A stretch of DNA of 63,834 nt, filler included, from Hyphochytrium catenoides (taxonomy: Eukaryota > Protista > Hyphochytriomycota): NCBI GenBank assembly GCA_900088475.1. It is 12 parts of 12 records of this genome, joined end to end, with 100 filler letters (N's around TTAATTAATTAA, not from the genome) between each part and the next. Parts side by side here need not be neighbours in the genome. Positions count along the whole stretch, not along the records: positions 53,646 to 58,007 come from FLMG01003670.1; positions 58,108 to 59,802 come from FLMG01001731.1; positions 59,903 to 62,596 come from FLMG01003756.1; positions 62,697 to 63,834 come from FLMG01002643.1; 8 more parts are not named here. The stretch is one strand, 5' to 3'. Shown here in pieces: positions 53,959 through 63,834 of the stretch. Each line of letters begins with the position of its first letter. Position 1 is the first letter of the stretch. The position numbers and the translations under genes are program-made. The notes below the pieces were generated by a model, which did not search any database, was not told where the DNA came from, and worked only from the letters and a program-made list of their open reading frames with translations.

Positions 53959-54369
53959 AAGTGTGCACTGTGGTGCTAATCGGTCATTAAGCGCTTGTAA
54001 AAGTCTTCCTTCCTCCCTTGAAGATTCGCTCCTTCTCAAGAAGCAGACATGAAGATGTCCAGAGCTCTCCATTGAGAAGTTGTCCAGCGCGGCGGTTGCG
54101 AAGAGAAAGTACCTGGCGCGTCTCTTCTCCTTCTCAATTGCCGTTCCTTCTTCTCTCCCAAGATCTCTTTCTCTCTCTCTCTCTCTCTCGCAAACCAGGC
54201 AAGCGAACACCAAGAGAAGAGAAGAAAGATACACCAANNNNNNNNNNNNNNNNNNNNNNNNNNNNNNNNNNNNNNNNNNNNNNNNNNNNNNNNNNNNNNN
54301 NAGCATACACCAAGACAAGAGAAAGATACATCAAGAGACGAGAGAGTGCAAAACATCAGCAGCAGAGAG

Positions 54370-54406
<37 letters not shown>

Positions 54407-54419
54407 AGCTCCTCCCAAG

Positions 54420-54776
54420 ATGGCGCGATTAGGCGTCGAAGCTCTCTCTGACCAGCGGCTGCCAGCAGATGAAAGCGTCTTCTCTGCCGAGGGAAAGAGA
54501 CGTGGGCAGAAAGTTGAGGAAAAAGAGGGAGAGAAGATGCTCTCAAAAAGGGCGGGCAGGAGAACGAGACAAAGAACCAGGAAGATGCTGGAGAAGCTGG
54601 CAACCAGTGAGCTATTCTAACCACCTTCTCTCTCTCCCTCTCTGTTGCGCTCGTCTCTCTCTCTCTCTCTCTCTCTCACTCTCTCGGCGTTTGCTTTCCT
54701 GTCTGCACTACCACCTCACATCTGGAGGACACTCTGGTTTCTCTGCACATAGTTTTCTCAAAAGGATGTCCATCTC

Positions 54777-54835
<59 letters not shown>

Positions 54836-57800
54836 CGCTTCTCACCGTGTTAATATGTGCAAACTCCCCTCTTTCTTTCTCTCTCTCTCTCTCTGTCTCT
54901 CTCTGTCTCTCTCTCTCTCTCTTTGTAGGTGAGAAGCAGGCAGTGTTTCGCCGTCACCTCAGAGGAGAAGAAACGTGGGATCTTAGTGTTTCCAAGGGGA
55001 AGTGCCAGCGGCTGGAGAGTGAGGTAGAGCAGGGGAACATTGAGTATAAGCTCAAGCTTGTGGATGTCACCGAAGGTGTCTTCTCTCTCCCTTTTCCGTT
55101 CCTGCCTCTCTCTCTTTTCGCATGTCTCTCTCTCTTCATCTTTCATTCTCTCTCTTTCTCTCTCACAGCGCCTAAGACGCTCTCTCTCTCTTCTCTCTCT
55201 TCTTCTCTTGCTTCTCCTTCTCTCTAATGTACGAGTCTCTCTCTCTCTGACGTCTCGCCTCTCTATAACGTCTCTTCTCTCTATTTCTCTTGTTTCCCGA
55301 TGGTGCTAAGACGTTTGTCTTCTCATGCGCTTTCTTCTCTAACATTGCTAAGTTCTTACAATCACTTGTCTCCTCATAACACTCCTCTGCGTGTCGAGAT
55401 CAGGTCTCTCCTCCCTCGACCTGCCATCTACTTTCTCTCTCTCCCGATTAAACTCTTCTTTCTCTCTCTATATATGTCTCTCTCAGCCTCACTTCTCTAA
55501 CTTCTTTCGCCTACCATCCTGTTCTCGAATACTTTTCTCTCTTGCCACTTACTTTCTCTCTCTCTCTCTCTCTNNNNNNNNNNNNNNNNNNNNNNNNNNN
55601 NNNNNNNNNNNNNNNNNNNNNNNNTGAAGCACTTGATTACGCAGCTAAACTGGCGACTGGGAGAGGGCCGGAGCGTTGCTTTCTATAAAATTGGAATCAA
55701 GGACAACGGCGAGCCCAAAGGCATCACAGAAGACCACCTGAAAGAGTCTCTCTCTACCCTCAAGAGGTGCGAGGACTGACCTCCCGACAAGGAATACTTT
55801 AAGTAGAGAGAGAGAGAGAGAGAGAGAAACAGACAGACAGGATGGAGAGAAGGAGCAAAAATGACTATAATACGCAGAGAGACAGGGAAGAGAGAGAAAA
55901 GAAAGAGAACGAGCAAGAAGAGAGAGAGTAAAGATGCCGAAGAGAGAAGCGGACAGAGAGAGAGGACAGATTACAAACGACACTCACCGACGAGGAACTA
56001 ATTCTTTCTCTCTCTCTGTCTCTCTCTCTCTCTGTCTTCTCTCTCTCTCTTTATATCTCTCTTTTCTCCTCCTTCTTTCGGCTGCGCTCATCCTCTCTGC
56101 GATCTGTGTATCTGAAGGATGGCAGATTCTCTCTCCGCTCGGATGGAGGTGACGGCAATCTGGGAGGGAGAGACGTCGGGGCATAAAGTGGCTGAGGTGA
56201 AGATTCAAAGAGACACCTCGGCACCAGCGGAGATTAGAGGTCTCCCTTCTCTCTGACGCATTCTCTCGTTGTCCTGCTTTCAAATCCTCTCTCTCTCTNN
56301 NNNNNNNTTTGCTCTCTTTGTCGCTCCCGCCTGCGGGTTCTATCTGATTTTCCTCACCCATAAGCGCCATTTTCCAATCCACTTGTCCATTCTTTCATCT
56401 TTTTTAGCCGTTTGTACGACAGCTCCCCGTAACTCTCTCTGTCTCTCTCTCTGTCTCTCTCTTTTTTCAGTGGCAGTTCTGGGCAAGGAGAACAGTGGGA
56501 AGTCTACCCTTATCGGGGTGTTGAAGGAGGGAGTCTTAGATGACGGGAGAGGCTCGTCCAGGATGCAGGTTTGCAAGTAAGTCCTCTTCTATCTCTGTCT
56601 TTCTCTCTTACTGCATCCCGTCCTTCTCTCTCTCTCTCTTTCTTTCTCTCTCTCTCTCTCTCTCTTTGTTTCTTTCTCTCTCTTTCTTTCTTTCTTTCCC
56701 TCTCTTCTTTCTTTCTCTCTCTCTCTCTCTTTCTCCTGTCTGCGGTCTCTGCCTTCTGGACGCGACTGATCATCAAAGTCTCTAGGTGATTCCTCTTCTA
56801 GTCCCCTATCTCCGTTCTGTCTCTCTGTCTCCCTGCCTCTCTCTCTCCCATTTGGTGCTGAAACCATTGCCGGGCTCTGTCTCTCTCTTTCTCAGGCATG
56901 TTCACGAAATAGAGAATGGACGAACCTCAAGCATAAGCACTCATCTCCTTGGTAGGAAAGACTCCTGAAGGGCGTAACACAATCACGAAACCCGGCCCTT
57001 CCTTTCTTCCTTTTTCAGCGTGGCGCCATCTCTCTCTCTCTCTCTCTCTCTCTCNNNNNNNNNNNNNNNNNNNNNNNNNNNNNNNNNNNNNTCTCTCTCT
57101 CTTGGCAGTTCTCTGAGTAGATCTTCCCCACCCGGTCTCCCCCTGCCCCCTAGCGTTTGATGTGGAAGGCCGTGTGGTCAGCTATGATCCTTTTCAAGCG
57201 CTGCGTCGCTCTCCTTCACTAGGGAGAGAGGAGGAATGCAAGGTCATCTCCTTCTCGGATCTCGCAGGTACACGCCACTAAGGTCTACGCGACGATTGAA
57301 AGACTTTCCATATTGGAATAGCTCTTTGGTGGCCTCTCTCTCTCAATCTCGCTCTCTCTCAATCTCTCTCTCTCTCTCTATGCTCTTGTCTTACTCTCTG
57401 TTCTCTCTCTCCCTTCTCTGTTCCCTTTGCACGTCTCTCCAGGCCATCAGCGTTATTTAAAGACGACTCTGTTTGGGTTAATGAGCCGAGAGCCCGACTA
57501 CGCAGCTTTATTTATCTCTGCTGCCCAGCAGACCGTGGATAAGAGCACCGCTGAGCACATGGCGATACTCAGCTACCTGAATGTCAGTCTCTGTCTCTCT
57601 CTTTCTCTCTCTCTCACAGTCCAGCACCTCTTTCTGTTTCTTCCCTTGTTTTTTCTCAATGTCATCTCACGTTCTGCTCGCTCGCACGCCCACGGGTCCT
57701 CTTTCTCCCACTCTCTCGTCTTCGTGTTCTTCACTGTCTCTCGTTCAAAAGGCAAAGTGCCATTGACAATGCTTTGTATTGGGCAAGATCACTCTTCTCT

Positions 57801-58007
57801 TCCTCTTTGCTCTGACCTTGAAAGCAAGCTCTCTAGATAGTCATTGAACGCTTAAGAGCTCAGTTCTGAATCACCCCTCTCTCTCTCTCTCTCTTCGTCT
57901 CTCTCTCTCTCTCTCTCTCCCTCTCTCTCTCTCCCTCTTTCGCTCTTTCTCTCTCTCTCTCTCTGTGTGCCCAGATCCCTTTCTTTATCATTGCAACTAA
58001 AATCGAC
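54420..58007 (+). CDS. GTPBP2: GTP-binding protein 1/2 family translational GTPase, 3' truncated
   Basis: Motifs are EVEQGNIEYKLKL, HLITQLNWRLGEG, IGIKDNG, VAVLGKENSGKSTLIGVL...LDDGRG, KHVHEIENGRTSSIS, DLAGHQRYLKTTLFGL, PDYA and IPFFIIATKID. Confidence 0.9.
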
Positions 58008-58107
58008 NNNNNNNNNNNNNNNNNNNNNNNNNNNNNNNNNNNNNNNNNNNNTTAATTAATTAANNNNNNNNNNNNNNNNNNNNNNNNNNNNNNNNNNNNN
58101 NNNNNNN

Positions 58108-59295
58108 CTTTTACTGCTGGGCTCCTGTACCAACGGCAACTTGTCCAAGTGGACGCGAGACATCCAGCCAGTTGGTCTGCGAGCAGCGTTCTCCGGAAGC
58201 TCAAAACAGTCTGCGCTGTTATGTCCCTTCTTCCGGCAGATGCCGCACTGCCTGCTACCACGCGCAGGTTTCTCCGGTCTTCGCTGATCTGGGGAATCTT
58301 CTCTTTTCCTTTCCCCTGGAGTAGAAAGGGCATTCATCCCCGAAGAGGAGGGTAGAGTATCGGAAAGTGTACAGAGCTAGACACTCTTCTCTAATTCATC
58401 AGCCATAATACGGTTGATGACCTCATTTGCAGCCAGAGAAGAGGAAGTCCCTAGGAGGTACAGGTGGCTCACTATCGAGCCAAAGGACGGACATCGAGCC
58501 AAAGGACGGAGGGAGGCTTTGGAGAATTGAAGAGAGCAGGATTGTCTCATTAATGTCCTGCTGGTTCTTTCTTGTTTCTCCTTTCGAAGATATTCTTTAG
58601 AGCCTCTGTCCTTTGTTTCAGGGTGGTCATCAGGTGGGATCTCAGAGAGGTGGTCCCTCCAGAATCAAACCTTGAGTTGGTGATCTCCTGAAGCGCCAGA
58701 GGACGTTGTCCCCTTCCTTCCATCCATCTGCTCCTGCAGTTTGAGCCATCCCGCGTACGCTGATTCTTGCCCTTCCAGCAGCGACAGGAGCTCATCAGAA
58801 ACTAGGGGAACCAGTTTGTTGATCGTCTTCCGATCATTCTTCTTCCTGTCCTTCTTGCTTGTCTCTGTGAAGTCCTTGCTGCTGAGCGGGTCTTTGCCAT
58901 CAGTCATCAGTGTCTGACTCTCATCCTCAATGTGAACGAGGAGGTGTGGGCCTAACATAAGCTGATGAACTTTACAGAGCTGGGTGGCAATGCCTGAAGC
59001 TTCTGTATGAGCACAATCTAGATGAAACGATAACAAAGGGACTGAGTATTGATCTATGATTGAGATTCTCTGAATCATTGCTGAGTCCTGAGAGTCTGGT
59101 CTCGAGATCTTTGCTCGGCCCAGCTTCCCTCATCATCCCTCTCTCCTCTGCTGTTCCTGTGTTCTTCTGGAAATTCTTCTCACATCCCTCTTTCCCATAA
59201 CACAGGTGTACCCGTAAGGTCTATGTCCCTGAGAGCTAGATGTGTATAGAGAGTGACTACTGTACTACTGACAACGAACATTGTAGCACTCAACA
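58108..59295 (-). mobile_element. Ty1/copia family B copy 1: 5' LTR + PBS + degenerate gag
   Basis: LTR at 58963-59295 (TGTTGA...TCATCA), PBS GCTTATGTTAGGCCCAC, then a frameshifted gag ending in the knuckle CGICRKKGHNSADC. Confidence 0.85.
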
Positions 59296-59370
59296 TGGTG
59301 CATACTGGCTAGGGTGTCGGCATCAAAGACAGAGATCCTGGGTTCGAATCCCGGAGCATTCAAAACTTTT
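59296..59370 (+). ncRNA. tRNA-derived Pol III unit / SINE-head-like pseudo-tRNA
   Basis: It has an A-box-like TGGTGCATACTGG, an intact T arm CTGGG-TTCGAAT-CCCGG (B box), a 3' acceptor strand AGCATTC-A and a TTTT terminator. The D and anticodon stems do not pair canonically, and the 5' acceptor strand is replaced by the LTR. Confidence 0.6.
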
Positions 59371-59902
59371 CTCCGGTATATTCAGACACCCCCCAAGATT
59401 AATTCAAAGTGCCAACCATCAAATGATTGGCGAGCCCGAAGGGCGAAGCTTTTTTGTTTAGGTTTTTGCGTCAGGCGGTGCAGAATTTTTTCCGACTGGT
59501 TCGTTCGCGTCTGTTCGCTTCGCTTGAGTGGTTAGACGAATAGCGTAGCGTTTGTGCCTCCAAATGGTTGGGTCATTTAGAGACCCAAATAATACCAAAA
59601 GAAAAACCTAAAAGTACAAGAAATTACAAGAGAAAACAAAGGAACATAAGAATATGTACAGCTACTAAATAGAAATAAATAGACAAAAATGCTTGAATAT
59701 TATTGAATCTTACATCAAGGAAATGGAATAAAGGGAGTGTTGATTGTTCAGCTTCGACCCTTCACAAGAGGGAGTTCGAGCTGCGGGGAGGTGTTGGAGT
59801 CTNNNNNNNNNNNNNNNNNNNNNNNNNNNNNNNNNNNNNNNNNNNNTTAATTAATTAANNNNNNNNNNNNNNNNNNNNNNNNNNNNNNNNNNNNNNNNNN
59901 NN

Positions 59903-61733
59903 AACTGTGAGCCTTTTAGAGCTCTTGTCAGCTTCTGCTCTCAACACCCTGAAGGCTGCAATACCCTACCAGCCAGAGAGAGGAGCTAGGGTTAGCTGCA
60001 AGTAGGTGCAGGTAGTACAACTGGATATATCCCTGTATAAAGGTTACCTCGTCACAGTTTTGGCAAAGAGAGTCCGTCCTTTTCCTGTCCTTCCAAGATG
60101 GATGTTGCTTAACATATTCGTAGAACTTACTCCTGCTAACCGCTGTCTCTTGCAGCAGGTCTTTTCCTGCCTCCTCTAATTGGTCTCTATAGATCCGATA
60201 TAAGTTAGCCGTATGGAAGGCCTTGTGGAACACTTCCTTGGTGGGAGACGGGATCAGGATATCTTCCGAAGTAAAGAACGCTTCCAGTAGCTGCCTTTTT
60301 GTGGCACTTAAGCGCTGTCGCACAAAGATCTTGCGCACAACTTTGCTGCCAGGTTCATTCTTCATGGCATGAAGCCGAGCCCGATATATCTGATACATTG
60401 TTACTTGGAAGATGTCACCAGTGTCCTTGTATCGAAATGCTGGCGCGAACAGAGAAAGTAGCTGCCTCTGATTACCTTTATCCGTGGATGCCTTGTATGC
60501 TTGTACAAAGCGCCGCAAGAACTCTTGGTATCTTTCCGCCATGCCTGGATTATCAATCCCGCTACTAAATTGGACTAGTACACTACGGATATCCTTGTAC
60601 TCCAATATTTTTTGTGCATGTGCCGGTCGAGAGAGCACCTCCCGCATAACTCCTCATGGGTCTCCCGGACAGATGTCCTCACACACTTTCCGAATGGCAT
60701 CCGCAGCGCTAGCAGAAAGGTCATACTTCCTGCTCTTATTTAATGAGGCCACATCTGTAGTCATAGATTTCGGTCCGGTCGGTGGTTGCTCTCTCTCATT
60801 CATCGACTCCTTCCTGCTTTCTCTGGGAGGCTTGAGCATCTCAGCCACTTCGAGGTGTTCAAATCCACAAAGTTCTACCCCGCCGGAGCAAAGAATGCGG
60901 TCGGGGTTTGACACCGAAGGCCTTGGCGACGCTAAGCCAAAGGTGATGAGGGAGAGAGGGACCGGACCATTCCGCCCTCTGACGACCTCAATTGACCTCT
61001 GGAGCTCTCCTGAATAGATCGCTCTTGCCCGAAAGCACGGTCCTCCCGCAAACACGCTGCGTTCATCGGTGAGCATATGTACTGACCACTCTATGGTAAC
61101 AAACTCAGTTAGCCCTAGCATAGGCGGAGGTAATGTAGTGAAGGCTGTGAGGCCATTTCGCAACTGAATCTCTGGAAGACCCCTAGATGATGCCTTGATT
61201 ATCCGGTCCGGATGATCCACTACGTCGCCTAGCTGGGTAAAGCTTATTCTAACTCCGCGATAGGTATGCTCCCTGTTAAATGGTGCCACCAGCAGTCTTA
61301 GTATTTGAACAGAAGCCCTCGTAAATAAACTTCATCGCAAAGAATAAGAGAGATAAGAGAGATTCTCCTGTCTGCCTTGATATGTGGGCTGAGGTGTATA
61401 GAACAGAATTAGCAATACCTTTCTTCGTGGTGATTTGCCTCCATTGGTGGCTTTGTTGCTGTTCTTGGAGCTTCGTATCTGACCTACAGACCGAGCCCTA
61501 AAAGCTGTCACCGTCTTCTCCACTTTATCTAAAAAAGCCTGCATTCTGGACCTTTTCTGTTGGGAGAATGAACTATTCATGTACTTTCTTCTCAGCGTGA
61601 TTCTGTCAATCTTGCCTGTCCCTACTACCCTATTGAGCGTATCTAGAAACGCCCTTTGACCGTCATTCCACTTTCCTGTTATTCTTCTCTCTAAAAGAGC
61701 AACTACGCTCGGGTTCCGGGGATCCTCTTTCAC
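59903..61733 (-). mobile_element. Transposase-like gene (N-terminal part) with an in-frame TGA, likely DNA transposon
   Basis: ORFs 60654-61289 and 59928-60647 are in the same frame and separated by a single TGA. RQLLSLF...YQIYRARLHA...PG...RQRL...YRIY...SRSKFY...K...LCQNCDE resembles regions upstream of the catalytic core of large eukaryotic DDE (Sola-like) transposases. Confidence 0.45.
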
Positions 61734-62014
61734 CGAGGGTCCTCTAATACCAGGCTTCTTGCCTGACGCCTGATGATCTGGGAGTGCATAAATAACAGAG
61801 CTCTGATGACTGTTATTCTGAGTCCCAGCAGATTGAACGTCATTAGTCTTTGAATTCCCTTCTTGGGGGTTCCTCGAAATATTGTGGGGGCACTTGGCTT
61901 TCCTTCCATCGCAAGTCTCGGGGTCTGTTTATAAAAGCCAGGTTTTAGCTTGAGAGCAATAGCTCCAACTCCCAACCACCAACAAAGTCACAAACATGTA
62001 TAATGGTGTGCTGA

Positions 62015-62596
62015 TGTTGAGTGCTACTATGTTCGTTGTCTTAGTACAGTAGTCACTCTCTATACACACCTAGCTCTAAGGGACATAGACGTTACGGGTA
62101 TACCTGTGTTATGGGAAAGAGGGATGTGAGAAGAATTTCCAGAAGAACACAGGAGCAGCAGAGGAGAGAGAGATGATGAGGAAGCTGGGCCGAGCAAAAG
62201 ATCTCGAGTCCAGACCAGGCTCTCAGGACTGAGTGATGATTCAGAGAAATCTCCATCACACATCAATACCAAGTCCCTTTGTTATCATTACATCTAGATT
62301 GTGCTCATACAGAAGCTTCAGGCATTGCCATCCAGCTCTGTAAAGTTCATCAGGTTATGTTAGGCCCACACTCGCAGTTGGGCGTGACTGTTGCTTCTCC
62401 TCTTCTCACTTGAGCTACTAGAGTGACGATCCTGTCGCATACAATAATGACATCAAAGGAAGGCGGAGTTCATCCGCACAACATCGCTGTTCTTTACAGC
62501 AAGGACCAGTATTCTATCTGGTCAAGCCGGGTTCGAAGTTATCTGGATGGGTTAGACCTTCTCGTCCACATCGAGGATGAGAGTCAGACACTGCTG
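62015..62596 (+). mobile_element. Ty1/copia family B copy 2: 5' LTR + PBS + gag start
   Basis: The LTR at 62015-62352 aligns along its length with the reverse complement of 58963-59295. PBS is GGTTATGTTAGGCCCAC. The gag start is MTSKEGG...QYSIWSSRVRSYLDGLDLLVHIEDE. Confidence 0.88.
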
Positions 62597-62837
62597 NNNN
62601 NNNNNNNNNNNNNNNNNNNNNNNNNNNNNNNNNNNNNNNNTTAATTAATTAANNNNNNNNNNNNNNNNNNNNNNNNNNNNNNNNNNNNNNNNNNNNCCCA
62701 ATCTTATTCAAGGGTGAATCTTATTTTCGGAGGAAGACGGTATAATAACGGATGATGCCTCGTCCAGCAGCAGGTACAATTATAAAGAGAAGGTTGTCCT
62801 CCCACCGGCCTTCTCTTCATCCGCGGTCTATCACTAG

Positions 62838-62931
62838 GGCGGCTAGCAAGGCGGCTAGCAAGGCGGCTAGCAAGGCGGCTAGCAAGGCGGCTAGCAAGGC
62901 GGCTAGCAAGGCGGCTAGCAAGGCGGCTAGC
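62838..62931. repeat. 12-bp minisatellite (GGCGGCTAGCAA) x about 7.8
   Basis: Perfect tandem copies read directly from the sequence. Confidence 0.95.
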
Positions 62932-63205
62932 CCTATTCTTGTTGGGACGCACCATTGTCTGAGGAATGCATCACCGTCCGTTTCTGGTGCATGTCTCTAT
63001 CTTCGCAGCCAAATAATCTGTGTCTCTGTCGATGTGAAGGTGGTGGCGCTGTGCTGGAATGATGATCAATGCGACAACTTTTCATGGCTCGAGCCATGAA
63101 GGTTGTTGTCATTGTTAACAGTTGGGAACTGTCTCTGTTGGAGCTTCATGTCGTGTATGTCGTGTTCGTATGCTTTGTATATGATCCTGAGTATGCAATA
63201 ACTCA

Positions 63206-63834
63206 TCAATCATCACCAAGAAGTGCATAGATGATCTTTCCAGCTATTCGCTTCAAAGATCTCCTCGTCAACATTTCTAGCTCAAACTGAATCGTGTCGA
63301 AGTTCGTTAGGATCAAGGTTCAAGTCGTCCTAGCTTGTGAGGAAGTACCATTCTGCGTAGTTCGTGACAATACCGTAGACAATGGACAGGTTGTCCGGTT
63401 CGGCTGCCACCTCCCTACCAAGCAGATTCTGCACTTTGCCTTCGTCCATCCTATCCTTCTTCGCCTCCACGATACATAACCTTTTGCTCGTTCGCGTTAT
63501 AAGGAAATCAAAATGTCCGTGTGACTTTACCTCTTTCCCAACATATTCATCCTCGATGAGAAGGCGGACATCATCATACTCTGCAGGAACAAAGCACCAC
63601 CTGTGCAACATAATAAAGCAGGATAGGAGTGATGAAAAAATGCCGTCCTTGACACTAACTACCATTAGTCATCGACCCACCATGAGTATGCGAAAGTTTT
63701 GTCAGGTTATTCATGTAGAGTGTCCAGACTATCAGAAGGAATATCCTTTAAGGGCTGGGCATAGGCTTTTTCAATAGGTTCATAGATCGTCGGCGATACC
63801 AATTCCCATGCCAATGACAAATAATAATACGGGA
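63206..63834 (-). pseudogene. Crinkler (CRN/CR-protein) type PD-(D/E)xK restriction-endonuclease-like domain, degenerate
   Basis: LLIEDEYVGKEVKSHGHFDFLITRTSKRLCIVEAKKDRMDEGKVQNLLG...VYGIVTNYAEWYFL, then SLKRIAGKIIYALL in another frame. This matches CRN C-terminal REase domains. Stops and frameshifts flank it. Confidence 0.72.

Noticed and set aside
56770-56790. Micro-exon in the GTPBP gene
   Set aside because: It is not needed: ...GTTTGCAA|GTAAGT joins directly to the next exon to give MQVCKHVHEIENGRTSS.
59296-59362. Opal (TCA) suppressor or Sec tRNA that reads through the TGA at 60654
   Set aside because: Counting back from the T arm puts TCA at 34-36, but U33 is absent, the anticodon and D stems do not pair in register, the 5' strand is missing, and the two loci are on unlinked scaffolds.
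58963-62352. The two family B LTRs as the paired ends or inverted repeats of one element enclosing the transposase-like gene
   Set aside because: Both are 5' LTRs with their own PBS and gag, and a scaffold spacer lies between them.

Overview
This is a eukaryotic draft-genome window, probably from a stramenopile-type protist (inferred from gene content and intron style; the species cannot be determined). It is not one locus. Twelve unordered scaffolds are joined by an artificial 100-bp spacer (N44-TTAATTAATTAA-N44), so adjacency across a spacer has no biological meaning. The largest scaffold (15212-45397) is gene-dense and intron-rich. It carries PEX1, a MED15-like KIX+TAZ protein, a CK1/VRK-like kinase, SLY1, an SCP2-ABC1/UbiB kinase-beta-lactamase fusion and a FAMeT-NCBP3 fusion. 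The small scaffolds carry a fungal-type HSP12-like hydrophilin, a frameshifted RhoGAP, an SPFH/stomatin gene, a mitochondrial ferredoxin with a long cluster-loop insertion, an atypical Rab and a GTPBP1/2-family GTPase. They also hold mobile-element remains: two Ty1/copia families with half-tRNA(iMet) primer sites, a LINE fragment, a stop-interrupted transposase-like gene, a tRNA-derived Pol III unit hit by an LTR and a Crinkler-type nuclease pseudogene. The most notable signals are the UbiJ-UbiB-like single-chain lipid module with a catalytically dead lactamase tail, the NCBP3 with a FAMeT domain and three R-x-x-R/K-F-G motifs, the MED15-TAZ chimera, HSP12 outside fungi, and candidate GC-AG/GA-AG introns. 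All family calls are by motif recognition and manual splicing; no searches were run.
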